DNA from: Raillietiella orientalis
Taxonomy: Eukaryota
Direction: 5' to 3'
NCBI GenBank assembly: GCA_036172245.1
Contig: JAYWIR010000003.1
Span: 6,944,001 to 7,008,000 of the forward strand
DNA length: 64,000 bases
Below are positions 29,400-43,100 of the stretch, one piece after another. Both the position numbers and the translations under genes were made by a program. The notes beneath the pieces are model-generated. The model saw only the letters and a program-made list of their open reading frames with translations, searched no databases and was not told the DNA's origin. Each line of letters opens with the position of its first letter. Position 1 is the stretch's first letter.

Positions 29400-31170
29400 T
29401 GACTCAGGGGAAACACCTCACCTCCGACAGAGGGTGGTATCAACCAGCTCCATGGTACGAGATGGAGGGCCTTTCCCCGAAGGGAAAGGGAGCACTGCTT
29501 CATTTGCACAAGCGGAGGGTGACGGCTCCTTGGTTTCCGGAAGGATCCCCGAGGATCTGCTTCCAAATCCCGGAGTCCAGTCAACGGGGGGCGAGCGGGG
29601 ATTTCCGGCTTCGAGTGCTGTGCGCCGCACCCGACCAGGCTGCACAGCATCATCTTGCGCGAAGACTCGAAACCCATGGTACATCCCTCTTTCTCGGTCT
29701 CGACCCTTTCCCAGGCAGGAACCTAGAACGCTTGGTTACCACAGCCACACGGCTGCCAACCTCCTCTGAAGGCGAACGCGGGTATCTTTGGTTCGCAGAC
29801 CCGCGCGGCCCGACCCGGCATCCTGTCGGTGGGTGCAACGCCCACGAAGGGACGGCGCTCTGGTCGCCTATGCCAGGCGGTGAGGGAGACGGGAAGGTTG
29901 GCTCTCTGGAAGGGCCGCCACACCTTCAGGGCCATCGCAAGGAACCTGCCATGGAATCCTGGGAGAGGAGAGAGGTGAAGTCGGAGGTTCCCACGAAGCA
30001 GGAGCGCGCCGGGAAGGAGGTGCTGAGCTTCGACGACCGGAGCTCCCGGAATGTCCTGTGGAGACGTCCGGCACTGCCGCCTGATGCGCCGAGGGCGTCG
30101 GATGGATCATCGTCGTCACTCCTCCAGCCGAAGCGCCCCATACGAGGGCAACAGAGTCCCTAGCAGGTCCGGAAGCCGCCGCAGGGAGCTCGGAACCCAC
30201 TCCTTCTTCTGTCTGTCCTCTCGCGGCGTTCGAAGGAAGCCGCACTGGCAGGCGACCATGTGGCCGGTTCGCTTGGCGGAGGGTCCACCATCGCGTGCGC
30301 CTGGAGGATCGCGGGAGGGTTGCCGTCCGCGATGTGGGAGAAGCTCCACTGATCCCTGGGAGAGGCGAAGATGGCGGGAATCCTTGCTTCGTCCACCCGC
30401 GTCTTCCCCTTCGGCGTCATCCCTCGAATGAACGACAGAGTGAGAGCACGCACGAGGGCGCGCTCGGGCGGAATGCAAGGGCGGGTTTCGGGCGACCAGC
30501 CTCACCTTGGCGAGAGGACGTTCCTCAAGGGCGGCGCGTCCTGGCAACGCGCACGCTCCGAAAGCGGACGGAGGAGCGAGCCGAAGAGCGTCGGGAGCGC
30601 TGAAGGGGGAAGGAGGGAGAGCGCAGAGCAGCTCCCAACAGCTGAGGCGAGTTCCCGTCTGACCCCCTAGGGTCCTACTCTTCTCCTTCCCCTACACCAC
30701 GCTCCCGTCATCTCTATCTCGGGGCAGATCCGTTTACTTCCCTTGCGCCACCCGTTTGATGCAGATAAGGGGGAGGGGAACAGGAGATGGAAGCGTGGGC
30801 TTTCCGGGATCACTTCCAGCCCTTTCCAGCCGTTGAGATTTGTTCCTGGAAGGGCGCAGTTGGACATGACGCGTCGGCTGGGGACGAACAACCCACTCTG
30901 CGGGCCCTGCAGCGCTGGCGATGGAGACCTGCGAGCGCGCGACTTTCACCCGCGCATCCACGCGGAGTGGAGTGGGGAGTCAGCGCTGGAGAGCGATGAC
31001 ATGCCGAGGGGCACGAGGCGCACGGAACCACTGCGGGGAGGCGCACGTGAAGCTCCCAAGATGGTCTCCAAGGGGTGTCAGCATCCCGGCTACAGCTCTC
31101 GTGCCGGATGCTCCTTCGCTCAAAAGCAAGTTGGCCGAGGGTCAAAAATCAACATTGGATGACCTTTCGG
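29400..31170 (+). mobile_element. Degenerate LINE ORF2 (APE endonuclease, then RT remnants)
   Basis: FRLRVLCAAP (like LINVYAP), then GSKIN (like SGxKIN); many frameshifts. Confidence 0.45.
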
Positions 31171-33589
31171 AAATCAAGAGGTGTCGCTTGATCCTCCCCC
31201 CTACCTGGGTACAAGGTCAGCATCTTCCGAAGGGGGGGAGAGGGAGGGATCCCCTCAAGAAAGCTCCCCTATACGTGAGGGAAGTTCCCCGCTACGTTTT
31301 AGTACTTCCCCGCAGGGCAAAAGGCTCTTCCCGGAAACGTTGGAACTGAAGGCTGCACCGCTGCGCCAGAAATTATCTCCTCCCCAATGGGGTCGATAAC
31401 CTCGTCCCCGGAATAGCTCCAGAGGACCCTAAGAAGTCAAATGAAAAGACCGGCCGCCTGTTGCTCTCGCCCGGGGTCGGGGCCTGCTGCCCGCCGGTCC
31501 GGGAGTTGGGACCGTGAGTTCCCGGTCCGTAGGGTCCCTGCTCACGCTCGCGGGGCGTGGGCGGTGGCGACGCTCTCAGGGGATGTCTCGGACCGTTTCC
31601 TCCGGTTGCTTTTTGAGGTCTCCTCCAGGGGGATCCTCTCCGGGCTGGACGGAGTACTCTTCGGCGGCTCTCGGTCAGCAAGGAGGCACTCCAGACGGAG
31701 GTTGGTGGCACTCGAAGGTGGGTCGGAAGGAGCCGCGGATCTCACCCTGTTGGCGGAGCAGCAAAGGGTCGCTCAGGGGGCACATTCCTGTCCCGGACGC
31801 TCCCGGCGAAACGCCCCGTTCGCCTGGAAGTTACTCTCTGGATTTCAGCTCCCGTAGACACCCTCATCATGGCGAGAGCGCGGCCCGCTTCTTCCGGCGG
31901 GTCCGAGCCCGCGGGGCATGGCGAGTGACCGTTGCACAGGAATTTCCTTGAAAACGCCCCGAAGGGGGAGGGGGAGGGAGCGCTTCAGGTGGGAGCGCCT
32001 CGTTCCCGGAGGAACGCCGGCTCCTGTTACGAGTCACCGCGAGGCTCGCCACTGCCACTTCCAGCGCGGTTCCTTGTCTACGGTCGGACCCGGCGCCTCT
32101 CCGAGCGGGAGTTCCAGGGGGGAAAGCGGGGGAGTGAAGGGCAGGCGATGGGTGGCGGTGGTGGTCACGGTAGTTCCAGACGGACGGAAGATTTTGGAGC
32201 GGCCGTGGAGGTCGTCGAGAAGCGAACGCAGGTCAAGGGAAAACGGGGAAAATTCTCCTCCAAAGGAGGTGACCTCCAGGAGGGTTCGGTTTGGTTCGGC
32301 GGAGCTTCGAACTCGTCGGCTCGGGCCACAGGGAAAGCGGGGGGCTCGGTGCGTTCGACCTCATCAGTCCTCGAGATAACCTTTGTAGTGGGGTGCTCCC
32401 CTTTCTTCCCCTTCCGGGTCCCTCGCTCACTCCCCGATTCCTCCTCCGCTGCCGGCGCTCCCGGAGCCCCAGCTCATCCGCCCGTTTCCAAGGAGCGGGC
32501 CGGGGTCGTTGGAAACGGGTGTTGGGGAGGAAGCAGGTAAAAAGGGCATCTCTGGGGGGGGAGGGAACGGTCGCTTCCCAGAGGAGGGAGGGCTCCAGCC
32601 GGGCGCTGAGACTGCGAAAGGGGCCGGGCAGCCTGTTTCCAGGTTCCTTCCTCTTCCCCTCCACCTGGCCCTCCCATTTTCCGGCCGAGCGGGAGCGCGG
32701 AAGTCTTTAGGAAGGGAGCAGCGAACCCTAGCCTTCCGCCGAAGGGGGAGGGCGAGGGGAGGAGGGATCCTTCTCTCCAGAGATCGACGTGGAAATCGCC
32801 CTGATGTTTCCACGCTGCCTCTGAGATTAAGGGCAGTCCAGTCGGGTCCCAGGAAGGGGGGCGATACCCACGTGCGCGGCAGTGGAGGCTGATGGATGCT
32901 CCGCATCTCCCATTGGTCCATCCGACCCTGTGAATCTCTCAGTGCATTCTCCCAGAGCCGTCACGCGTGTTCTCGCCGACGTCTCCCGGGAAGATGAATT
33001 TGGTTTTTGGGAATAGGGGACGCGCCGGGATCAGCTGGTCGCGCGGAGCGTTTCCGCCCCCGAGAAAAGCCTCGCACCTCGTCACCATGGTTTCTGAAGG
33101 GATTGCAAGGCTGCGAAGACGGACCTTGTGCGATCCCCCCCCGCGAGGGTGGAGGGACCTCTCCGCCATGGGAGAAGGGGTAGAATGACCACGATGTCAA
33201 AAGCGGCAAAGCCCCAAGGCTCCTCGAGACGTGCCCACAGCCTGGGTGGCAGCGGCACTTCCCTACTGGGAGCGCCGGAGAACGGGAAAATCCGAATTTC
33301 CCGCAAGAATTCCCCTCCATCGCTGGAGAGGAACTCCCTGGGGCGAGTCTCTTCCTTCCCTTAATGACCCCTCTCCAATCTCCCACGCGCCGCCTGCGAT
33401 CTCCGCGAAAGGCCGACAGTCAATGCTCCTCGCGGCGTCCCGACACGGGGTCGCGCCGCGAGAGCTTCTCGGACGCGTACCCATCGAAGAGGAGGGTCAC
33501 CAAGGGCCGATCTGTCGGACCTCGACAGCTCCTTCTCCCTCCTCAGACCCTGCGGCACCGAGAAGAGGTTTTGCTCTGGATGAGAGGTG

Positions 33590-34140
33590 GCATTTCTCCG
33601 GGCTGCGCCACAGGCAGGCAGCCAGACACTCCCACGCACCTGCCGCTGGGCTGCCGTGATCTTCGGGACGCGCGCCAACGCCTCGTGGCGGTCCTGCCTC
33701 GACCCGACGACACCCTGGAAGAGATGCTGCGGAGCTGCTTCACGCGGGGAGGTCTTTCGCCCGCTCCCCCGGTCGCCCGACCCTACAGCCCCGTCTTCTC
33801 TACGGAAGAGCCTTCGTCGGGGGGTCCGCGGTATCCCGGGACGTCACCCTATCAGGGAAGAGGGCCCGGGCGCCTCGATCCCGCACGGATAGGGAACAAA
33901 GCCAAAGGACCCTTGGAGGACGCCGTCTGAATAGCGCGCAGGTTGTGGAAGAGAGCGGAGGAATGACCGGTGACCCCTGCTCCTTCCCCCCTTTCACACA
34001 TGCGTGTATTAGTTGACTCTTCCTCCCCTACACCAAAGCCTGCCCTTCTGTGCAGGTGGCCTGCCGTCGGTAGTCTCCCGATGTATCCACCGGTCCATGC
34101 GGCCTACTTGGCTTTTGTCTGGAAGAGAAACTCCTCGGGG
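33590..34140 (-). mobile_element. LINE fragment related to 26860-27020, interrupted by ~33640-34010
   Basis: Reverse-complement nucleotide similarity in two blocks. Confidence 0.55.
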
Positions 34141-35424
34141 CAACGGGCTGAAAATGGAGGTGACACTTTTTGATGGCCCCACGAAGGTCGACACCGCCGT
34201 GCGACCCGTTGCAGGAGACATCTCTGCACGCTCCCTTTGAGGCTCACACATTCGTGTTCTCCCCACACCACGGAATGGTCACGTGACCAAATCACTGGGT
34301 CGCGGCTTGGTTCGAAATATAAGTTTGTTATATAGATTGATGCCTATTATAAAGATTATAGAAATATGCAATATAATTATTATGCATACGGCGCGAGTGT
34401 CCACTATTTACCCTTTTTTCTTTTCAAGATTAACAGCCACAAGGATGCAGATAAAAGGAACATTTCTTCCCCTCCTTCCCCCTTTCCTTCCAGGTCGTGG
34501 AAGTTGTGCTGCGAGGGGTGCCACACGCGTCTCGATGAGAGAGGTGCCGCTCATCGGGATGCCCTGTTTGCTGCTTTTCCGCGACTTCTTCCTCTCTGTC
34601 CAAGAGCTGTTCCTCTTGGTGAGGTCCTCGCAGGTTCGAGGCGTCCCCCGGCACTCGTGCAAGCCGACGGCGCCCGTCCGGCAGATGAGCGCGGCGGATG
34701 CACGAGGCGACCGCGAGCTGCCTCATTCCATCCACACGACACCCAGCTAACGGAGGGCTGCTTCTTTCCTGGGGTCCCTAAGGTCCAGTGACGACGGCCA
34801 GGACCTTTGCACCGGCTCTTTTCTTGGATTGCTGGTTGGCAGCATCTTGGTGCTTGGATGCTGAGGGATTCTTCCCCGAGGGCAGGCTGCTCCAGCGTCG
34901 GTATCCTGCTGCCCTCTTGCAATACCAGATCCGGCCTCACCAAGACCAGGGACGCGCCGATTCGCGGACACCAGTTTTCATCTTGCTGCTTCTGCCGCTG
35001 CTACTTTGGTCTCGGTCGCAGTCGCGTCACGGCTGGCCGTGCACAGACGGGAATGTCTTCTGCGGTGATTTGTTATGTGACTCCCAACGACGTTATGGGC
35101 TATCAGCTTCCCTTCTGCTGGCAGCTCCTCTTGCGGGAGCTGCCAGCAAGAGTTTCATATGTGAAATTTCCTTTTTTCCTGCCATTTGCTTGCTCTTTTC
35201 TTCCTCAGTATTTTTAGTATGTGTTTATTTTCACTACTATGTTTTATAATTCCATATTTACACATTCATTTAACATACTGTCATTGCATACATGAATGTA
35301 TACGATGAACATATATTTTTCATAATCTTCAATACATATTAATAGCAAATTATAAACAAACATTAGTAAATCTGCTTGACTACTGCATGCCATACATATC
35401 GTAAACATTAGTAAATTTGTCTAC

Positions 35425-35465
35425 CTGTCTATATCTATATCTATCTATCTATCTATATCTATCTG
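35425..35465. repeat. (ATCT/ATATCT)n microsatellite in an AT-rich patch
   Basis: Direct reading. Confidence 0.8.
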
Positions 35466-35699
35466 ATTAATTATTACATTGTATATTGATTTGCTCCCTT
35501 TCCAGAGTCCCGCAGGCGGTGGGGAAGTTTGTTCAAGCATCAACAAATCCAGACAGAAAATCTCTGGCAACACTGACAGACGCAATCTATTCAACGGTTC
35601 CCATTCTGGTGAATGGAGCTGGATGGGCGATACCTAGCAGAGACTGCGAGGTACACTCAAGTGTCCGCTCTGGAGCTCTTGCTTAGCTGCAGGTACGCC

Positions 35700-36100
35700 T
35701 TACGTCTTCATCGATACTGATTGCCTCTGACTCCTTATCACCAACTATGCTCGCGCTGAAGGAGGCGGCGGTCACCTTGACCACAAGGTTTCATGAGCAA
35801 ACCACCCTTTTCTGGTCCTGAGCAGTCCATCCAGCGCCACCGTGCTGTTCTTGTACTTGGAGGCGCTCGCCTGCATAAGCACTTTCCGATCCTCGGTCGG
35901 CGTTCGGCAGGTGAACGCGGGCCTTGCAGAGTTCGCCATGAGTGCTTCCTGTGCGGTGGCAAAGGCTCATGCCTCGCGAGAGACCTCGGCGACAGAGCAT
36001 CAGGAAGTCATCATAAATCTCTGGTTGCAGATCGGACCTTCGGACCGAACTCCTGCTGGTGCGGACTGTCGGGTGTTGCGCCTGTGGAATCCCCTCTTTG
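35700..36100 (+). mobile_element. Gag/ORF1 zinc-knuckle remnant
   Basis: CRVRHECFLCGGKG...LARD resembles CX2CX4HX4C. Confidence 0.55.
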
Positions 36101-37289
36101 GGTGTAATGCTCATGCGCGCCAGAGTTCTTGTGAGCCACGTGGTCTCGCGTCCTTCCTGTAGGACGGAGTACTCGGATTCTACTCATCGCAAGCTGTCCG
36201 TCCTGCCCCGTCTTCATCTGCGATCTTCGCAGGATCCGATGCCTTCTGTTACCGTGGCATAGGGAAGAAGTAGGGGATCCTCCCCAAGCATCTGGTTGCT
36301 TTTGGGAACTGCTTTCATCAAGGTGGTCCCTGTTCACCAGGGCTTGTTTTCTTGACCACATGGGATCTGTTGTTTTGGTCCACTGGACCGTTTTCCTGCT
36401 TCGAGGCGTGATCCAGACCTCTCCACTTATTGACCGGCTTCGAGTACACCGCCTGACCCCACCCAGTTGAACCTGCAGGACTTCTCATGAGTGGAAAGGT
36501 TGCATCGCGCGTTCCTTGGGCTTCCTGCCGTCACTGCTCTTTTGCCGCAAACGATTCTTGACGTTCTACCTTCATCCTAGGCCCGTGCCCTCTCCACAGG
36601 AGCTTCATCTCGTCTTGAGCAGCCGCTTGATGCTCTGCTTCGCGGACTGGCAAGCCCCTCTGGGCAGATTTCTGGGAAGCTGGGCGAAGTCTCGAAAAAT
36701 GACCTTTCTTTTCGAAGAGGAGACCGACCGACTGGTTCTTTCCCCTCTCTTCGGGATCTCCGATGTGGCGCATCCTCGTGTGAGACACTAGGAATTCCTC
36801 TTCGTGCTGCGCCTTCCTCCTTTGGCTGGAGCAGCGGCCCTCGCAATGCCAGAGGTCCGCCAGACTTCTGGATTTCCGAGTAGATACTATCAGCTTGACC
36901 TCTTCCTCATCCGAGCTGCGACACCCCGAAAACGCATGAAAGGCATGCGTTTGGCAGCCTCGCGCCCACCGCGCTTCCAGTGAAAACCCGCAGTCTCGGA
37001 ACCACCTCAGCTGCAGCACCCGGGATGAGCGATTTCCGGTTCCCTTCCTCTCTCCTGGCGCCATGGCGACCTGTCCTGTTCTCGCCTAACCTGTCCTGCT
37101 CTCGAACCTCCCTCGCCCGTCCGTTCGGAGCCTCGGAACATCCAGGAGCAGAATAGGGGACGTCTCCCGGAGGAAAGGCAGGTCCGTCCTCAGGGAGAGC
37201 CACGAGCTTTCTTTTTTTCTTTATACGCTTCTGGGACATTCGCGACCGCTGTCTTCGATCTGCCTCGTCCTTCTTCGAGAGGCCATCTG

Positions 37290-38020
37290 TGCATGCCGGG
37301 TGGCATCATTCTCCCTCCACCCCCAGTCCCAAGTTCTTCTGGGTATTTCGGAGGAAAACCATGTCCTCCCCTCGAAGTGGCAGGAGTTGGCGATGCTGCT
37401 GCTACATTGGAATCACCCAAACGACTTCCGACAGCATCACTGGACACGGGGGGTGGAGATGGGGCGAACCTGAACTGATCCAGGTGTGGAGAGCGAGAAT
37501 CCTTCTCGCACCTGCTTGTGGGATTACTTTGCCCTCCGGCCTCTCTGGAAACGCTTCGCTGCGACCCTTCGCAGGAACCCCAGACAGCAATTCCATTGAC
37601 GCTTTACGACCCCTCCTCTTACACGACGCCCTTCGGCCGGCGGCCTCGCCAGCAGCTCTCTGCTGCCTACGCGGGATCGTCGCTGTCTGGAGCCACGCAA
37701 GAGAAGGACACAGCGACAGGGGTGTCACATCCACTTGGCCGTTCGCTTCATGAGGAAGGCAGCAAGATGGTCCTACATGGGAAGCGTCATCCAGCAAGAG
37801 CATGCCATCCACCAGAAGATGCAGAGGACCACCCCCAGCAGGATGTGACCCCTTCCCCTCCCCTTTCCCAAAGTTTCTTCAATTATTTTTTTGTTTGTCC
37901 TTCCCCCCTCTGCTGCTGTGGCGGACCTCACCATTTTGCGTACCGGTAGCTCGGCAGGTTGTTCTGAAAAGAACGTGGTTGGACCACTGGTTAATCGCAA
38001 AGATCATGGATGCTTATTTT
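37290..38020 (+). mobile_element. LINE 3' end, family copy 3
   Basis: KWQELAMLLLHW...ASPAALCCLRGIVAVW; same 3' UTR as the 15.5-17.2 kb copies. Confidence 0.75.
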
Positions 38021-38099
38021 TATAAGTGAATGCCCTGGGGCACCCGGGTAAAGAAAACTCAGTCTGCAGTCTTTTCGGATGCAGACTGAAGGATAACGA

Positions 38100-40300
38100 A
38101 CGAAGCTGTAGGGAAAGCAACGGAGACTCGTCGCGCCTCCCTGCTAGATGCCCGTCTCCATCCGAATGCTGACCTCAAGATGGTGATCCCCCTTCGAGGA
38201 TGCTTGCGGAACTGGCTGGGGAGGACCAGGATCTTCCTAGGTTCTAAAGAACACCTCGTGATTCGCGGCTCCAGGCGTCCGCAAGTCCAGCCTCAGCTGC
38301 TGCCGATGTAGACGGCCACGCCTACGGTTGCTTACACAGCGGCGAACCGGACCAAGAAGCCTCCGTTTTCTCTAGGCAGAGGACAACAGACCCGCTCCTG
38401 CCCGCCTCGACGGCTTCCCGGATCCTTTTGTTCCTAAACAGCCCCTCCGGTTGGAGTCCCTTGAAACCTCGTGCGTCTGCGCCGCCACCGGTACAGCGAA
38501 AGGTCCGCTCCCACAGGAAGACCAGCAAGAACTCCACTTCATCCCGGACTACCTCTCCATTCCTTGCATCCAGAGATCCCCGCGCTTCGGCGAACTCCTC
38601 CGCGTTGGTCTACACTGTCCTCCACGCTCGGTGGCGCGAGACCAAGCGCATGACGGATTGCGTGACTCACGCCAACGGGTCCATGGATTGCTTTCCCGTG
38701 GCTCCGGGAGGCGGATGCCGCAGGTCCATTGGAGCTTGCCGCTCAACCGTGGATGGCCGCTCGACAGTCAGACGGGAACTCGTGCCTGCGGGAGATTTCC
38801 TCCCTAGGTTGATGCGAGCGCAGGAGGACCGAAGATGCGGACAGGAAGGACAGGGAGAGATGACCGGTAGGCACATCCCGGCAGTGCTCGACGGAGCCCC
38901 CGGAGATCCGACCTCTCGAGAGACATCTGTGTGCCTCTGGTCTCCACAGGATCAACAGGCGCAGAACATCCGCCCCTCGTGCCTACTTGCGAGGAGCTCC
39001 CCGGTCGTCGTGGGCACCAGCAGGACGGCGGAGGGAGACGGAAGGCGGGTGTCCCCACGGAAGGGTGCGCTGTTGTCGCCGGCAACCGCCTGAGGCGCTC
39101 GGGTGGCCCTTCTTCTTCCGGGTCGACATCCGTGTGGGCGTGGAGCTGCCACCTCGACCGAACCTGCGCGCGACCGGGGAGGCGTACCTTCCAACTCCTG
39201 GCAGGCAGTCGGTGGTACCCTCCAGACCGCTTCTCGGGGGTCCACGCGCCTCCGGGAGCGACCGCCCGACTCCGAGGTTCTGAGTAGGGGTGGTCGACGT
39301 TGGCCACCACCCAAGATCCGGCACGGTCTGCTTCCACGCCGGAAGTCCCACGCCCGAGCTCCAAGGGCGTCTCGAGTGAGGCCGTAGGCGGTGTCTTCGC
39401 AGCTGCGGGTCGTCGGCGCGGGCGGCCAGCCGCTCCTGGCGTGCCGCCGGCGATCAGGCTCGAAGAGGCGGTGCTGAGGCTCCTAAAGTGCCGGGCTCCA
39501 GCTGCGCGCGTGCCTGTCTGACCCCATGCCCTGGGGAAGGGACCTCCGGCGCTTCGCTTCACGGCGAGAGGGCAACACACTGCCACCTGCTCGCCCCGAT
39601 GGGACGGTTAAACCCGCGGAGGGCAGGAGGGGAGGCCAGCCGGGAAGCCAAGAGCCGCACCCGCAGCCGGAAAGGGACATGTGAAGGACTTGTAGCGCCC
39701 TCGAGTGAAGCAGGCGGGGGCCCTACCCGGTACCGCGATGGTCCCTGGGCTGGCAACGACTTTGCCGTCGCTGGTGTTCTCGAGCCCCCGGCACCTCGGA
39801 GGGCGGCGCGACCTCGGCGCAGGGCGGGACGCGGGCTGTTCGGAGCGGAGCAGGTTCTCCCGGGAGGCCAAACGATTGCCCTTGGGCGGCAAGCGGGTAG
39901 AGGCGGATCTGCCGGAGGCCTGCAGGCACGTGAAGCGTCTCCCAGGTTGGGTCAACGGCGGTGGTGCGTGCACGTGGGTAGAAGAGGGTCGGCAAAGTTC
40001 CTCGGGGCGTTCCCACCGGCCGCTGGTGCTGCTACTGGGTTTTGGATCCCTCCGGCGGAGGGCTCGGGTTCGCGGATGCAAAGGGAGGTCTTCGCAGAAG
40101 CTCACGTGCGACCCTGGGGCGCAGTAGAGCTCGCCCGGTTTGGCGCGCAAGGTGTCTCGCGAGACGTGGAACTTCCGCTCTTTTCCCGAGCCTGCCCAGG
40201 ACAGGAAAGATTGGAGGGGGGAATTCCCTGCGCAACTGCCGAGGTCGCCGGGTGAGGTGGGGAGGGCAGCACTGGCGAGAAGAGGCGCACTGAATCCCTG
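38100..40300. mobile_element. Cluster of degenerate APE endonuclease fragments (minus 38100-38470, plus 38460-38900, minus 39700-40300)
   Basis: VVLCLEKT, GVAVYI, LADAW, DHHL; PGRRFTC...SASTR. Confidence 0.55.
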
Positions 40301-42399
40301 CTGACATCCCAGTGTCGCGCCTCTGTGGATGGAGCGGCCAGCCAGGCAGGGCGGTTGCCACCCAGAGGCCTGGGTGGCAAACGCATCACTGCGTATCCAA
40401 GTGGCCGTTTCGCTGCGAGCCGAAGAAGCGTCGCGAACAACACTGTGGTGACCGTGGCGGCTGGACCCGTGCAGGATGCTGGGAGCTCTCCGTGACCAAG
40501 GCTTGCGTGTTCGTTCCGGAAGAGTTCGCCAACGGCTCCCTATGGAATCGCGAGGGACCCAGCCGCCAACCTTCCCCACTCCTCGTCGAAGCCCTGCCTC
40601 CGGCGGGGATGCGCGCGACCTCCACGGCGAACGTCCCCTTCCGCTCGCTCGCGACCCTCCTCCACTTCCCTGAGGCTCGAGCTTAGAGATCCTCTCGGGG
40701 GCGAGCCCCGCTGCGGGGCCAAGGGAAGAGGGAGGGGGGGAAAGAGGAAAGAAAGCCGCAGGCACGGCAGTCCGCGGCGCCTGCGCTCGACGGTGGCGAG
40801 TTCCGGCCGGGACGGGCAGGCTGCCAGTCGCTCCGCGTCGCCGGTCGCCGGCTGAGGCTGTGCCGTGTGTTGGTCCCGCCGGTGCCACCTCCCGAAGGTC
40901 CGCTCGGTCAGTGGCGCCCTCGCTCCTGCTGGCTCTCCAGAGGCGAACCACGTCTGCCGAGGGACGGAGAGAGAGGAAGGGAAGGTGGTCCGGTGGTGGC
41001 TCCTCCCTCCTTCCCTCACGGCCTGACGCCTCGCGGCCCAATAGCTGGTGCTGGCCTTCCTCCTCCCCGATGGCGGCGCCGCCGAGCCCGCGTTTCGTGG
41101 GCCCGCCCCCTCCCTCGCCCGTCCAGGGGTGGACCAAAGGTATTCCGTGCTGCCTAATCCCTCTTTTCTACTACCTCTTCTGCTTCTCAGGGGGTCGAGG
41201 GGGGAGACGGGGGTTAACGAGGGATGATAGGAAGGAGGACTGGGGCGTGAAGAGGAGGGGCCGCAGGCATGCGCGCCTCTCCCGTCTTCTGTCCCCGGGG
41301 CACGTGGGAAAGGGCTGCATTTTCGATTTCCTTCCGCGGAATGGTGTTCCAGAGCCGTCCGGCAAGCGTCGGACCCCACCAGGGGGAGGAAGAGGAGGGA
41401 GAATGAGGGTCCCGGGATACAGGTCCTTCCTTTCACTTTGTTCCGCAGGAGACGCGGTCTGTGGCCTCGGGAGGACGCTGATCAAGTGGTGAGGGGAAAG
41501 GGCGAGGAGGAGGAAGAGGCTGGGAATGAGAGTACAAGTGGGAAGGAGGGAGAGACGGGCGATGACGACGATGAAAAGGAGGACCGCACGGCACCTCTGC
41601 TTGGAAATTGCACATCTCCCTGGTGCTGACCTCTCTCACCACGGGTGACCAGCAGCATGTCTCCGGGAGGAACCAGCTAGCCGAGGACGAAAGAGAGAGG
41701 GGAGGAAGCTCCTTGCCCTCCGCAACGGAAAGCAAGCGGAGAAGCACACCGGGATGTGCCCCCCTGCCTTGGGGAAGGCGAATACATCCCTGTCTGGCAA
41801 CGCGCGCATCTCACTCGAGGCGGACGGCTGCTTCCCGCCTCTCTGCGGGTGCTCGAGGTCGTCCCTCTCGGCAGCCTTCGATCTCGGTGGCACCCCCCTT
41901 CTCCGTCTCCCAACCAACCTGTCTGCTCCCCCACTAGGATCGAGGTAGGTCGAAAATTTCCGGCTCCCTTCGCTGCTTTTCTAGGACCGGGGAGAGGCAC
42001 GAGCGAGAGGCCATCGGTGCTGAGCTCGAGGCAGGCAGGTTAACAGGGGCGTGGCTGCAGGGCTGCTTCCTTCGCCGCCCGCTTTCGTCTCGCGGGAGAG
42101 GCATCGGATGCTGAGTCAGCGGATCCGATCCAAGGGATCGATTCGCCGGAGCAGTGGTCTCCCGATGGGGCCACTCCGCTCGGTCAAAGCGGACCGCCGT
42201 CGCACGGCGTGCCGGGAGGAGTGTGAACCGGAGGAAGGGATCTTGCGCGGAGAGAGATCGCGCGCGCGGAGGGGAAGGGGGGGCGGTCGGAGAGGGAATA
42301 GCGGCGGCGGCAGAGACAGGTACCCTCCTTCTCTTCCCTCCTTCCTCCTCCTCCTCCGCATCTTCGCCGGCACGTCCGACCGGCAGGCGCAGCAGCACC

Positions 42400-43100
42400 C
42401 TTCAACTTCTGGGTTCTCCTCCCCCAGATCTCCGGAGCGTGCACGTCCTGGTCATCCGGCTGTTTCTTCTCGCATTGCTGAATAGGAGCTGCATGCTGAT
42501 GACGACCGGGACTCGAGGACCGGGACTCGGGAAACACGAAGAAGGAGCGTTTCGTGAGTACCAGGCGCGGACCTTTTCGTCTCTGGGGAGCTCAGGACTG
42601 TTTTCGCGCTGCCTCCTGATGAGGGTGTTCCGGCCACATAATGATGCGAGGGGGCCGCCTGCAGCCACGCGGGGCGTGTCGCGGCTGGGGCGCGTCTGTG
42701 CGCGAGAGTTCCACGGATCGGACGAGCGCGGCCCTTTCGGCGAGAGCGCCTGCGCGTCGTCTCTGCTCACCGCTTCCCTGAGTGCGCGCACTCGGGTCGG
42801 CATCCGCGATCCGGAAGCCTCCTCGAAACGGGTGCGGAACAGGAGCTTCCCGAGTCCGAAGACTTTCGGCATGCATTTGTGGTGTGTCCACGGCAGCGCG
42901 CTTTCCTTTCCTGTAAACACGGTATGGGGCAGTCCACGGGACGGACGGCTTGAGCGTGCGCGTTGCTGAGAGCAAGCGAAACGCAAGAATTGCGTGCTAT
43001 GTGCACTCTTGAGTTCTTCGTATTCTCCACATTTTCGCGAAGACAAGTTCGCACGTTCGTCCAAAGAGGACGCCATCCGAGCGGAGCAGCTGCAGGCTGA
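42400..43100 (-). mobile_element. Degenerate LINE RT N-terminal region
   Basis: SSRPSRGLP (like SPGPDGLP), KGPRSSDPWNSR (like KG...NWRPI). Confidence 0.55.

Noticed and set aside
38100..38900. Back-to-back APE fragments as an L1 twin-priming inversion
   Set aside because: Both pieces appear to cover overlapping late APE motifs, so two independent insertions fit better
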